From: an uncultured Acidiferrobacteraceae bacterium
Lineage (GTDB): Bacteria > Pseudomonadota > Gammaproteobacteria > Acidiferrobacterales > Sulfurifustaceae
Reading direction: 5' to 3'
Length of the DNA: 64,000 bases
NCBI GenBank assembly: GCA_964629975.1
Contig: CAZVUN010000001.1
Coordinates: forward strand, 10,846-74,845
Made by a program: the position numbers and the translations under genes. Shown in pieces: positions 1 through 10,814 of the stretch; within the stretch, counting starts at the first letter, position 1; the number at the start of each line of letters is the position of its first letter. The notes below the pieces were generated by a model. It had not been told where the DNA came from. It saw only the letters and a program-made list of their open reading frames with translations, and made no database searches.

Positions 1-146
1 TCGGCCAATGCGTCATTACCTTGCTACAGGTGCAGGCCGATCACGAACGCAAAGAACAGCTCGAGCCGACCGACCCCGGCCCGCGCGCCAAGGAAACACC
101 GGACGATTCCGATGACATGCCTTATTACTGGGGAGACTGACAGACC

Positions 147-1415
147 ATGGCAAAAGCAAAAGCAATGAACGCCTTCTACGCCCAATCCGGCGGCGTGACC
201 GCGGTCATCAACGCCTCCGCCGCGGGGGTGCTCGAGACCGCGCGCAAGTATCCGAACAAGATCGCCAAGGTGTACGCCGGGCGCAATGGCATCATCGGCG
301 CGCTCACTGAAGACCTGATCGACACCAGCAAGGAATCCGCCAAGAGCATCGCCGCCCTGCGCCACACGCCCTCGGGCGCGTTCGGCTCGTGCCGCTACAA
401 GTTGAAGAGCCTCGAGGCCAACAAGCGCGAGTACGAGCGCCTGATCGAGGTCTTCAAGGCCCACAACATCGGCTACTTCTTCTACAACGGCGGCGGCGAC
501 TCGGCCGACACCTGCCTCAAGGTCTCGCAGCTCTCGGAAACGATGGGCTACCCGATCCGGGCCGTGCACGTACCGAAGACCGTGGACAACGACCTGCCGA
601 TCACCGACAACTGCCCGGGCTTCGGCTCGGTGGCCAAGTACATCGCCGTCTCGACGCGCGAGGCGAGCTTCGACGTTGCCTCGATGGCCAAGACCTCGAC
701 CAAGGTGTTCATCCTGGAAGTCATGGGCCGGCACGCCGGCTGGATCGCGGCCGCCGGCGGGCTTGCCTCCACCAAGGACACGCCGATCCCGATCGTGATC
801 CTGTTCCCGGAAGTGACCTTCGACAAGGACAAGTTCCTCGCCCAGGTCGACGCCAACGTGAAGAAGTTCGGCTACTGCACGGTGGTGGTCTCCGAAGGCG
901 TCAAGAGCGCCGACGGCAAGTTCCTCGCCGACCAGGGCCTGCGCGATGCCTTCGGCCATGCCCAGCTCGGCGGGGTGGCGCCGGTGGTGGCCTCGATCGT
1001 CAAGGAAGGCCTCGGCCTCAAGTACCACTGGGGGGTCGCCGACTACCTGCAGCGCGCCGCCCGCCACATCGCCTCCAGGGCCGACGTCGAACAGGCCTAT
1101 GCGACCGGCAAAGCCGCCGTCGAGTTCGCGCTCAAGGGCCACAATTCGGTCATGCCGACCATCGTGCGCAAGTCGAGCAAGCCGTACAAGTGGACGATCG
1201 GTATGGCGCCGCTCGCCAAGGTGGCGAATGTCGAGAAGATGATGCCGGCCGATTTCATCACCCCGGACGGCTTTGGCATCACGCCCAAGTGCCGCACCTA
1301 TCTCGAGCCGCTCATCCGGGGCGAGGACTACCCGCCCTACAAGGACGGCATGCCGCAGTACGTGCGGCTGAAGAACGTGGCGGTCAAGAAAAAGCTCGCG
1401 GAATTCAAGCTTTAG
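147..1415 (+). CDS. pfp: pyrophosphate-dependent 6-phosphofructokinase (PfkA family)
   Basis: 422-aa ORF with PFK-family motifs FFYNGGGDS, VPKTVDNDL and MGRHAGWIA. GGGGAGA lies upstream of ATG 147. An H+-PPase gene follows downstream on the same strand. Confidence 0.85.
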   Translation: MAKAKAMNAFYAQSGGVTAVINASAAGVLETARKYPNKIAKVYAGRNGIIGALTEDLIDTSKESAKSIAALRHTPSGAFGSCRYKLKSLEANKREYERLIEVFKAHNIGYFFYNGGGDSADTCLKVSQLSETMGYPIRAVHVPKTVDNDLPITDNCPGFGSVAKYIAVSTREASFDVASMAKTSTKVFILEVMGRHAGWIAAAGGLASTKDTPIPIVILFPEVTFDKDKFLAQVDANVKKFGYCTVVVSEGVKSADGKFLADQGLRDAFGHAQLGGVAPVVASIVKEGLGLKYHWGVADYLQRAARHIASRADVEQAYATGKAAVEFALKGHNSVMPTIVRKSSKPYKWTIGMAPLAKVANVEKMMPADFITPDGFGITPKCRTYLEPLIRGEDYPPYKDGMPQYVRLKNVAVKKKLAEFKL

Positions 1416-1426
1416 GCCGCCGGGGC

Positions 1427-1477
1427 GGGGCGCCAAGAAAAAGTAATCCGTGAATAAAAACGTTATCTTGGCGCCCC
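1427..1477 (+). promoter_or_regulatory. perfect 12-bp inverted repeat with AT-rich 27-nt loop between pfp and the next ORF
   Basis: GGGGCGCCAAGA (1427-1438) and TCTTGGCGCCCC (1466-1477) are exact reverse complements. The loop AAAAGTAATCCGTGAATAAAAACGTTA is strikingly AT-rich for this sequence. No T-run follows. Confidence 0.5.
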
Positions 1478-1509
1478 GGTATCTTCGGCAGTAAAAAGGC
1501 GCGCGACCA

Positions 1510-1734
1510 ATGACCCTCGACAAGGCGCGGGAAATGCTCACGGTGCAGGCGGGGTTCGGCGGGTTCTACAACGCCAATTCCGCCAAGCTGATCCTCGCCG
1601 AGGTGGCGCGCGAACACGGCCAGACGGCCGTCGATCAATTGATCCGCGAATTGCAGCTCGAGCGGATCTTCGGGTTTGTGCCGGGCAGCCGTTTTGACGG
1701 CGGCCTGGTGATGAAGCCGGGCGATACCAAGTAA
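1510..1734 (+). CDS. small hypothetical protein (74 aa) between pfp and hppA
   Basis: ORF in the gap between two co-oriented genes. Its composition looks non-repetitive and protein-like (MTLDKAREMLTVQAGFGGFYNANSAKLILAEVAREHG...). The RBS is weak. Confidence 0.45.
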   Translation: MTLDKAREMLTVQAGFGGFYNANSAKLILAEVAREHGQTAVDQLIRELQLERIFGFVPGSRFDGGLVMKPGDTK

Positions 1735-1815
1735 CAAGCAGCACGCCTGGCGCGAGCGGTACCAGCAGTGGGTGTGGGTTCGGTTCAATCCGTTTCACTA
1801 CCGGGAGGAGTAACC

Positions 1816-3870
<2,055 letters not shown>

Positions 3871-3896
3871 CAAGGGGAGAGACCAAGAAGAAGAAC

Positions 3897-3929
3897 GGGG
3901 GGCCGGCCTTGCCGGACCCTCTCTTTTTG
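3897..3929 (+). terminator. rho-independent terminator after hppA
   Basis: GGGGGGCCGGC-CTT-GCCGGACCC stem-loop followed by TCTCTTTTT. Confidence 0.6.
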
Positions 3930-3948
3930 TGGTCTAAAGTTTGCGCTT

Positions 3949-4506
3949 ATGAAGATCTGCATCGTTTCCGATTCCCACGACCGCCGCACGCGCCTCGCCG
4001 CGGCCGTGGCCGATGCCAAGGCGCTCGGCGCGCAGGCGGTGTTGCACTGCGGCGACCTCGTGGCACCCTCGACGCTGCACGCGATCCAGCCGATCGGCTT
4101 GCCGATACATCTCGTGCACGGCAACAATACCGGCGACCTGTTTCACCTCTGCCGGCTCGCGGCCAAACCCGGCAGCAACGTGCATTATTACGGTCAGGAC
4201 GCCTCGCTCGAGCTCGCCGGCCGGCGCATCTTCCTGGTGCACTATCCGCACTATGCCAAGGCCATGGCGCTGACCGGCGATTACGACCTGGTATGCAATG
4301 GCCACGAGCATCGCGCGCTGGTCGAGCGCATCCGGCACATCCGCGGTGGCGAGTGCCTGCGCGTTGATCCCGGCACGGTTGGGGGCGTGAGCGCGCCGCC
4401 GACCTACGTGCTGGGCGACCTTGCGAGCATGGCGTTCACGATTCGTTCAGTGCCGGAACCGGGGGCCGACGCCGAAACAGGCAGCCAACGCAGCGCCGCG
4501 GGCTAG
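3949..4506 (+). CDS. YfcE/MJ0936-family metallophosphoesterase
   Basis: N-terminus MKICIVSDSHD, then GDLV, GNNTGD and NGHEH metallophosphoesterase motifs. Confidence 0.8.
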   Translation: MKICIVSDSHDRRTRLAAAVADAKALGAQAVLHCGDLVAPSTLHAIQPIGLPIHLVHGNNTGDLFHLCRLAAKPGSNVHYYGQDASLELAGRRIFLVHYPHYAKAMALTGDYDLVCNGHEHRALVERIRHIRGGECLRVDPGTVGGVSAPPTYVLGDLASMAFTIRSVPEPGADAETGSQRSAAG

Positions 4507-4512
4507 ACGCGA

Positions 4513-4532
4513 GGCGCCGCGTGGGCGGCGCC
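4513..4532 (+). terminator. GC hairpin downstream of the phosphoesterase gene
   Basis: GGCGCCGC-GTGG-GCGGCGCC, an 8-bp perfect stem. The downstream T-tract is poor (GGCTTATACTT). Confidence 0.35.
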
Positions 4533-4592
4533 GGCTTATACTTGTGCTGGCGTAGCAACCCCGCCGCAACGACTGGATTCCGCGCCCCGCAG

Positions 4593-4979
4593 ATGGACGA
4601 TCGCCGCCGCCATCCTCGCGTCAGCGTCAACCGCCGCGCACTGGTGCGCGCTACCGAGGGTGCCGCGGTCAGTGCGCAGCTCGTCGACATTTCGGTCTGC
4701 GGTCTCGGCCTCCTGTATCCACGCCACGTCGCGCCAGGCGCAGCGCTCGCGGTGCAGTTCCAGCTCGGCGTGCGCGGACGGTTTGTGGACCTGGCCCTCA
4801 AGGGCGTGGTGCGCCACACGCACATCAAGGGCAACGCGCTGATGGTGGGCATCGAGTTGGTCGAGCTCAGCGCGGAGGCATACCAGACGATTAGCGCGTT
4901 CGTGCAGCAGAAGCTCGAGATCTACTCCCAGACCGCCGGCGCCAGCCCGCCGCCCGCGGCCCCGGGCGGCACGTCCTGA
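4593..4979 (+). CDS. PilZ domain protein (c-di-GMP receptor type)
   Basis: RRRHPR (RxxxR) and DISVCG (DxSxxG) motifs sit at PilZ spacing. ATG 4593 is preferred over the tool start at 4521. Confidence 0.8.
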   Translation: MDDRRRHPRVSVNRRALVRATEGAAVSAQLVDISVCGLGLLYPRHVAPGAALAVQFQLGVRGRFVDLALKGVVRHTHIKGNALMVGIELVELSAEAYQTISAFVQQKLEIYSQTAGASPPPAAPGGTS

Positions 4980-4989
4980 CGCGGTCGTG

Positions 4990-5985
4990 TCAGCCGGCCG
5001 ACGCCGCTGCCATGCCGGCCGCGTCGGCGGCGGTGCAGGGGTACATGCCGAGCTTGGCGAGCAACGCCATGTCGCTGTCGGCCGCCGGGTTGGGTGTGGT
5101 CAGCAGCCGTTCCCCGTAGAAGATCGAATTGGCGCCGGCCAGGAAGCACAGCGCCTGCAGCGCCTCGGGCATCGCCTGGCGCCCGGCGGACAACCGCACG
5201 TACGAGGCCGGCAGCACGATGCGCGCGACGGCGATGGTGCGCACGAACTCGATCGGATCGAGCGCCGGCAACTCGGCGAGCGGCGTGCCGGGGATCCGTA
5301 CCAGCATGTTGAGCGGCACGCTCTCCGGGGGCGGATCGAGCGCCGCCAGTTCGGCCAGGAACGCCGCGCGGTCGCGGCGCGCCTCGCCCATGCCGAGAAT
5401 CCCGCCACAACACACCCGCAGGCCGGCGCGGCGCACCTGCCTGAGCGTGTTCAGCCGGTCATCGTAACTGTGCGTGTGCACGACGTTGTCATAGTGCGCG
5501 CGCGAGGTGTCGAGGTTGTGGTTGTAGTAATCGAGCCCCGCGGCGCGCAGCTGCTCGGCCTGGCCATCCTTGAGCTGGCCGAGCGTGGCACAGGTCTCGA
5601 GCCCGAGCGCCTTGACCGCGCGAATCATCTCGAGCACGGGCTTCAGGTCCTTGTCCTTTGGGCCGCGCCAGGCCGCGCCCATGCAGAAGCGCGACGCGCC
5701 GTTGGCCTTGGCGGTGCGTGCCGCCGCCAGGACGCTGGCAAGATCCATCAGTGGCTCGGCCTCGACATGCGTTGCGTGGCGCACCGACTGCGAGCAATAG
5801 CCGCAGTCCTCCGAGCAGCCGCCGGTCTTGATCGACAGCAGGGTCGACAACTGCACCGCGTTGGGATCGAAGTGCGCGCGATGTACCGTCTGGGCACGGT
5901 ACAGCAGGTCGTTGAATGGCAGCTCGAACAGGGCCTCGATCTGCTCGGGACGGGCGATGTCGGTGGCGGCGGATTCGCGATGCAT
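4990..5985 (-). CDS. bioB: biotin synthase
   Basis: 331 aa with radical [14 protein letters not shown] and a BioB-like body ([18 protein letters not shown]). Confidence 0.95.
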   Translation of the reverse strand: MHRESAATDIARPEQIEALFELPFNDLLYRAQTVHRAHFDPNAVQLSTLLSIKTGGCSEDCGYCSQSVRHATHVEAEPLMDLASVLAAARTAKANGASRFCMGAAWRGPKDKDLKPVLEMIRAVKALGLETCATLGQLKDGQAEQLRAAGLDYYNHNLDTSRAHYDNVVHTHSYDDRLNTLRQVRRAGLRVCCGGILGMGEARRDRAAFLAELAALDPPPESVPLNMLVRIPGTPLAELPALDPIEFVRTIAVARIVLPASYVRLSAGRQAMPEALQALCFLAGANSIFYGERLLTTPNPAADSDMALLAKLGMYPCTAADAAGMAAASAG

Positions 5986-6039
5986 GGCAACGGCTCTCGG
6001 GACAATGGCCCGCCCAACGTAGGGGAAGCATGGGCGAGT

Positions 6040-6068
6040 GTCAACCGCACCTGCGCGGCACGGTTGAC
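6040..6068. promoter_or_regulatory. candidate BirA operator (bioO-like) upstream of bioB
   Basis: GTCAACC-N15-GGTTGAC inverted repeat, 55-83 nt upstream of the bioB start. It resembles the TGTNAACC-N14-16-GGTTNACA BirA site architecture. Confidence 0.5.
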
Positions 6069-6074
6069 TACCAC

Positions 6075-6836
6075 TCAGGCGCGCGCGGTGGACTCGCGAT
6101 CGGCCCCGGTGGCGATAGCCTTCAGGCGGCTGCCGTTGAGGATGGTGATCTGGCGGCCGTGCACGCCGATGAGCCCTTCCTCCTGGAAGCGCGAGAACAA
6201 CCGGCTCACGGTCTCGAGCGCCAGCCCGAGGTAATCGCCCAGATCCTGACGCGACATGGTGAGCTTGAGCTCATTCTCGGGCAGGCCGAGCCGCGCCTGC
6301 CGGCGCGAGAAATTGAGCAGCGACGCCGCCAGTCGCTCCTCCGCGGTCATGCGTCCGAGCATCATCAACATCTGCTCATCGCGCACGATCTCGCGACTCA
6401 TGACACGGAACAACTGGTGCTGCAGGCCGGGAATCTGGTGGGCCAGCGCCTCCAGGGACTGGTAGGGGATCTCGCACACCTCGGAGACTTCCAGGGCCTC
6501 CGCACTGCACGGGTGCTGGTCGGTATTGATGGCGTCGATGCCGAGCAGCTCGCCCGGCATGTAGAAACCGGTCACCTGGGCGCGCCCGTCCTCCATGAGC
6601 CCCGTGGTCTTGAGGGTGCCAACCTTGATCGCGTAGAGCGAGCGCAGCGGATCACCGAACCGATACAGGGTCTCGCCCTTTCTCAGGGTGCGACGGCGCT
6701 TGATCAGCTTGTCCAGCGCACTCAGGTCGGGCTCCGCCAACCCGAGCGGCAGGCATAGTTCGCGCAACGAACACTCTTTGCAGGCCGCCTTGATGCTGTT
6801 GATGCTGATAATGGCGGCGGCTTCGCGCTTCTGCAT
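6075..6836 (-). CDS. fnr: FNR/ANR-type oxygen-sensing Crp-family transcriptional regulator
   Basis: N-terminal C-x2-C-x5-C ([10 protein letters not shown]) plus a central Cys in SEVCEIPY match the four FNR [4Fe-4S] ligands. The recognition helix ETVSRLF keeps the E--SR residues that read TTGAT. Confidence 0.9.
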   Translation of the reverse strand: MQKREAAAIISINSIKAACKECSLRELCLPLGLAEPDLSALDKLIKRRRTLRKGETLYRFGDPLRSLYAIKVGTLKTTGLMEDGRAQVTGFYMPGELLGIDAINTDQHPCSAEALEVSEVCEIPYQSLEALAHQIPGLQHQLFRVMSREIVRDEQMLMMLGRMTAEERLAASLLNFSRRQARLGLPENELKLTMSRQDLGDYLGLALETVSRLFSRFQEEGLIGVHGRQITILNGSRLKAIATGADRESTARA

Positions 6837-6974
6837 GTGGTTCTCCCTGGCCGGAGCGTGATATTAACCACGATAGACAGCGAGCGTCCATCTATCCCGC
6901 GTGAAACCACCGGGATTGGGGCAATATACCTGAAACAATTGAATCGCCGGGACAAATGCCCAGACGGCGAGGCC

Positions 6975-8363
6975 CTAGATGACCTTGGAATAGCGCTGGC
7001 CTTCCTTCTCGCGCAGGTAGCGGTCGAACACCATGCAGACGTTGCGGATCAGCAGTTTGCCGGCCGGCTGCACGCGGATCCACGGGCCATCCAGCTGCAC
7101 CAGCCCGTCGCGCTGCATGCCCTCGAGCTCGGCCAGCTCCGGGGCGAAGTAATCGGCGAAGCGTATACGGAAGACCTGCTCGACCGCGTCGCGGTTGAGC
7201 ACGAAGTGGCAGATGAGCTGCGTGATCACGGCGCGGCGCAGCCGGTCGTCGGCCGACAGCTCGATGCCGCGGAACACCGCCAGCTCCCCGGCGTCGATGC
7301 GCGCGTAGTATTCGTCGAGGGTGCGCACGTTCTGCGCGTAGCTGTCGGCCACCTGGCCGATCGCGGTGATCCCCAGACCCACGAGGTCGCAGTCGGCGTG
7401 CGTCGAGTAGCCCTGGAAGTTGCGATACAGCGTGCCCTCGCGCTGCGCCACCGCCAGCTCATCCTCCGGCTTGGCGAAGTGATCCATACCGATGTACACA
7501 TAACCCGCCCGGGTCAGCCGCTCGATGGTGAGTTGCAGTATGTCGAGCTTGGCCTGCGGCGGCGGCAGGTCGGCGGCATTGATGCGCCGCTGCGGCTTGA
7601 ACAGCTCGGGCAGGTGGGCGTAGTTGAACACCGACAGCCGGTCGGGCGCGGCGGCGATGATCTTGTCGAGCGTGCGCCCGAAGCTCTCCACGGTCTGAAA
7701 CGGCAGGCCGTAGATGAGGTCCATGTTGATGGACCGGAAGCCCAGGCGCCGCGCCTCGCTGAGCACGGCGAGGGTCTGCGCCTCGCCCTGCAGGCGGTTG
7801 ACCGCCTTTTGCACCTGCGGGTCGAAGTCCTGCACCCCCATCGACAGGCGGTTGAAGCCGATGTCGCGCAGCAGCTGCAACGTGCCCGGATGCACCTCGC
7901 GCGGGTCGACCTCGATGCCGTACTCGCCCTGGTCGTCGTCGCGCAGCCGGAAGTGCTCGCGCGTCTTCTGCATGAGCGCGCGCATCTCCTCGTGCGAGAT
8001 GAAGGTCGGCGTGCCGCCGCCCCAGTGCAGCTGCTCGACCACGCGCGCGTTGTCGAACAGTTCGGCCTGCATGGCGATCTCGCGGTGCAGGCGCTCGAGA
8101 TACGGCGCCGCGCGCGTGCGGTCCTTGGTCACGACCTTGTTGCAGCCGCAGTAGTAGCAGACCGTGTCGCAGAACGGCAGATGAAAATAGAGCGACAGCG
8201 CCTTGCGCGGCGTGGCGCAGTTGCTCTGCGCCGCACACGCGCGGTACTGCGCGGGGCCGAAACCGCTGTGGAACTGCACGGCCGTGGGATAGGACGTGTA
8301 GCGCGGTCCGGACTTGTCGTAGCGGCGCAGCAGCTGCGGGTCAAAGACGAGGTGTTGATCCAT
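6975..8363 (-). CDS. hemN: oxygen-independent coproporphyrinogen III oxidase
   Basis: 462 aa with radical SAM HLPFCDTVCYYCGC and a HemN-type N-terminus (YDKSGPRYTSYPTA). Confidence 0.95.
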   Translation of the reverse strand: MDQHLVFDPQLLRRYDKSGPRYTSYPTAVQFHSGFGPAQYRACAAQSNCATPRKALSLYFHLPFCDTVCYYCGCNKVVTKDRTRAAPYLERLHREIAMQAELFDNARVVEQLHWGGGTPTFISHEEMRALMQKTREHFRLRDDDQGEYGIEVDPREVHPGTLQLLRDIGFNRLSMGVQDFDPQVQKAVNRLQGEAQTLAVLSEARRLGFRSINMDLIYGLPFQTVESFGRTLDKIIAAAPDRLSVFNYAHLPELFKPQRRINAADLPPPQAKLDILQLTIERLTRAGYVYIGMDHFAKPEDELAVAQREGTLYRNFQGYSTHADCDLVGLGITAIGQVADSYAQNVRTLDEYYARIDAGELAVFRGIELSADDRLRRAVITQLICHFVLNRDAVEQVFRIRFADYFAPELAELEGMQRDGLVQLDGPWIRVQPAGKLLIRNVCMVFDRYLREKEGQRYSKVI

Positions 8364-8380
8364 GCGTTACGGGATACGCG

Positions 8381-8409
8381 GGGACAATGCGTCCGCCCGG
8401 CATTGTCCC
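8381..8409. repeat. perfect 10-bp inverted repeat in the hemN upstream region
   Basis: GGGACAATGC-gtccgcccg-GCATTGTCCC, 18-46 nt upstream of the hemN start. It overlaps the predicted -10/TSS region. Confidence 0.5.
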
Positions 8410-8428
8410 ACAGAAACCCGCTCGAAAA

Positions 8429-8442
8429 TTGACCTCTATCAA
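8429..8442. promoter_or_regulatory. FNR box shared by divergent hemN and cytochrome c-DUF302 genes
   Basis: TTGACCTCTATCAA (one mismatch to TTGAT-N4-ATCAA). On the + strand a 22-nt gap leads to AAAAAT (8465-8470). On the - strand a 21-nt gap leads to GACAAT. Confidence 0.75.
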
Positions 8443-8505
8443 GGACCCCCGGGCGCCGGCCCGGAAAAATTGCGGCTATCCCGCTCGCGCATTAAGGAAA
8501 TTGCC

Positions 8506-9576
8506 ATGCCCCCCACCCCCCCGAGGTCCGCCGTGCCCGCGGTGCTCGGCGTAGCCGCGCTGCTCACCGGGCTTGCGGCGCCCGTGGCGCACGCGGCCCA
8601 CGACGGCGCCGCGCTCTATGCGCGGCACTGCTCCGCCTGCCACGGTCACGACGGCCACGGCGGCGTCGGCGTGCCGCTGGCGCTCGGCGACTTCCTCGCC
8701 ACGGTCGATGACGACTACCTGCGCAAGAGCATCCGTCACGGCCGCCCGGGACGCGTCATGCCGCCGTTCACGCAGCTGTCCGACGCGGAGATCAGCGCCA
8801 TCGTCAAGCACATCCGCACCTGGTACGCGGGCGAGCGCCGCCCACCGGTCAAGGTCGGCAAGGGTGACGTGGCCGCGGGCGAGAAGATCTACAAGTACAA
8901 CTGCGCCTCCTGTCACGGCGCGCAGGGTGAAGGCGGCCACGGCACCGGCGTGACCTTCTCGCGCCCGCGCGACCTGCCGGTGCTCGCACCGGCCCTGAAC
9001 AACCCCGGCTTCCACGCCTCGGCCAGCGCAGCGATGATCAAGGCGACGCTGGTGTACGGGCGCGACGGTACGCCGATGAGCTCGTTTCTCAAGCAGGGGC
9101 TGAGCGAGAAAGACATCGATGATGTGGTCGCCTACGTCATCGGCCTCGGCAAGAAGCGCCCGCCGGCGAGCGCCAAGGTGCTGGCGAGCGAGTCCGCGGT
9201 GCTGGTGCGCCCGTCCCCGCACGACCTGGCGACCACGGTGGACAAAGTGAAAGACGCGCTGGCCGCCGCCAACATGCGCCTCATTCGGGCCACCTCGGTC
9301 GAGGAGCATTTCGCCGAGAAGGGCAAGGAAAACCCCAAGCGCATCGCCCTCGATGCCTGCGACTTCAATTTCCTCAACCAGGCGCTTGCCATCGACCCGC
9401 GCGTCGGGTTGTTCCTGCCGTGCCGCATCACGGTTGCCGAGCACAACGGCAAGGTGCTGGTCATGGCGGTGAATCCCAAGCGCCTGTCCGCCATCTTCAA
9501 CAACTCCGAACTCAACAACCTGTGCGAGCAGATGTACCAGGTCTACAGCGACATCCTCGAGGAGGCGACCCTGTGA
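8506..9576 (+). CDS. periplasmic dihaem cytochrome c fused to a C-terminal DUF302 domain
   Basis: Signal peptide (AALLTGLAAPVAHA), two CxxCH sites (CSACH, CASCH) and a DUF302-like C-terminal part (ACDFNFLNQALAIDPRVGLFLPCRITV). ATG 8506 follows AAGGAAA. Confidence 0.8.
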   Translation: MPPTPPRSAVPAVLGVAALLTGLAAPVAHAAHDGAALYARHCSACHGHDGHGGVGVPLALGDFLATVDDDYLRKSIRHGRPGRVMPPFTQLSDAEISAIVKHIRTWYAGERRPPVKVGKGDVAAGEKIYKYNCASCHGAQGEGGHGTGVTFSRPRDLPVLAPALNNPGFHASASAAMIKATLVYGRDGTPMSSFLKQGLSEKDIDDVVAYVIGLGKKRPPASAKVLASESAVLVRPSPHDLATTVDKVKDALAAANMRLIRATSVEEHFAEKGKENPKRIALDACDFNFLNQALAIDPRVGLFLPCRITVAEHNGKVLVMAVNPKRLSAIFNNSELNNLCEQMYQVYSDILEEATL

Positions 9577-9584
9577 GCGCGCGC

Positions 9585-10031
9585 ATGCTTGCCGCCGTGG
9601 GCCTGGCCGCGCTGGTCGCGCTCTCGGCTGCGGCCCGGGCGGAGGAGCTGATCATGGTGCGCTCGCCGCGCCCCTTTGCCGAAGCGATCAACGCCCTGCA
9701 GATCGCGATCGAGGAACACGGCTACAAGGTCCAGCGCGTGCAGCGTGTGGACGTCGGGCTCACGCAAAGCGGCTTCAAGACCGACGCCTACCGGCTGGTG
9801 TTCTTCGGCAAGCTCGAGGAACTGCGCACCCTCGCCGACCAGCACCCGGAGCTGCTGCCGTATCTGCCGCTCAAGATCGTGATCTATGCCGAGGAGAACA
9901 CCACGCTCGCCTTCACCAACAACCCGGCGCTACTCGGAACCTTCTTCAACGACCCGGCACTGGCTGTGCACTTTCACCGCTGGGAGAAGGACGTGCGTTC
10001 GATCCTCGGTCACCTGGCGCGCGAGAACTGA
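9585..10031 (+). CDS. secreted DUF302 domain protein
   Basis: Signal peptide MLAAVGLAALVALSAAARA, then a DUF302-like body (FAEAINALQIAIEEHGYKVQRVQRVD..., LPLKIVIY). It abuts the upstream gene; an alternative GTG at 9573 overlaps that gene's stop. Confidence 0.75.
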   Translation: MLAAVGLAALVALSAAARAEELIMVRSPRPFAEAINALQIAIEEHGYKVQRVQRVDVGLTQSGFKTDAYRLVFFGKLEELRTLADQHPELLPYLPLKIVIYAEENTTLAFTNNPALLGTFFNDPALAVHFHRWEKDVRSILGHLAREN

Positions 10032-10035
10032 TCGG

Positions 10036-10683
10036 TCATTGTCGTCCTGCCGTGGATGGCGGCGGCATCGCATACCAGATGCGAGACCGGCATGCGAGTG
10101 AGCGCATCCACTCCGCCTTGGAGCGCGCCCAGCGGCGCTGCTGGGCCGCCGCGCGCAGCTCAGCGGCGCTGCCACAACCACTGCGCCGCCGCCGCTCATC
10201 CGCCAGGTCTTGCGCGGACACCGGACAGCGCTGCGCGAGGGTACGCGCGAGCGCGGTGATTAGACAGTTGCGACGCGCCTCCTCACGCCATTGTGCCTCG
10301 GTGATTGCAGCTTCGCTCAACGCCCTGGCAAGCGCGGTCTCGCCGCCGAAACGCTGACGCAACGCCGCAAGCTCATGCTCCACATCGGCTTCCGACACGA
10401 TGACGGCGAGTCGTTGCGCTTCCTGCAACTGCAACTCGCGCGACACCATCGCTCGCACTATGAGTTGCGCCGCGTCGGGGCCAGCGGCGTCATAGGCATC
10501 GTCGAACAGAGCCGGGTTGGTGGCCCGGCTCTGCAAGAGACGAATAATGAGCGCGGCGCGCGTGATGACCCTGTCGTTTACGCGCGCAACAATCTCGGGC
10601 CACGGCTGTGCCGCGATGAACGGAAGCGGGTCGCACTGCGTCGCGGGCGGGCCGCTCACCGGCCCCTCTACACTCGTTGGCAT
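10036..10683 (-). CDS. SurA-N-terminal-domain-like chaperone protein without a PPIase domain
   Basis: VNDRVITRAAL..., EADVEHELAALRQRFG and a C-terminal ..AEWMRSLACRSRIWY pattern resemble SurA/PpiD/NifM N-domain proteins. Assignment is by motif resemblance only. Confidence 0.5.
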   Translation of the reverse strand: MPTSVEGPVSGPPATQCDPLPFIAAQPWPEIVARVNDRVITRAALIIRLLQSRATNPALFDDAYDAAGPDAAQLIVRAMVSRELQLQEAQRLAVIVSEADVEHELAALRQRFGGETALARALSEAAITEAQWREEARRNCLITALARTLAQRCPVSAQDLADERRRRSGCGSAAELRAAAQQRRWARSKAEWMRSLACRSRIWYAMPPPSTAGRQ

Positions 10684-10787
10684 CTGGTTCTCCTCTCAAT
10701 GTCGGCGGTGCTGCATTGGCCGCAGGGGCCATCCGCGCTCGTTCAGGGAAACGTCGAGGATTGTGCGTGCCGACACCAAAGAGGGAA

Positions 10788-10803
10788 TGATCCAAATGGA
10801 TCA
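10788..10803. promoter_or_regulatory. perfect 16-bp palindrome, candidate operator
   Basis: TGATCCAAATGGATCA, about 105-120 nt upstream of the SurA-like gene start and just downstream of the LuxR-family gene stop. Confidence 0.35.
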
Positions 10804-10814
10804 CTCCGCGTCGA

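Noticed and set aside
24-1541. 505-aa minus-strand ORF covering the pfp gene
   Set aside because: It is antisense to a gene with clear PFK motifs. Its translation is Arg/Gly/Ala/His-rich low-complexity sequence, typical of open antisense frames in GC-rich DNA. No domain is recognisable.
1633-1644. Perfect 12-bp palindrome GATCAATTGATC that contains FNR half-site sequences
   Set aside because: The half-sites are in the inverted order (ATCAA-TTGAT) with no N4 spacer. The palindrome also lies inside the small ORF coding sequence. It is not an FNR box.
6837-6974. FNR autoregulatory box upstream of fnr
   Set aside because: No TTGAT-N4-ATCAA-like sequence with two or fewer mismatches is visible in the 138-bp region. 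Only a short ATAGA/TCTAT inverted repeat is present.
6837-8432. 531-aa plus-strand ORF opposite hemN
   Set aside because: It is antisense to an unmistakable HemN gene and has a low-complexity translation.
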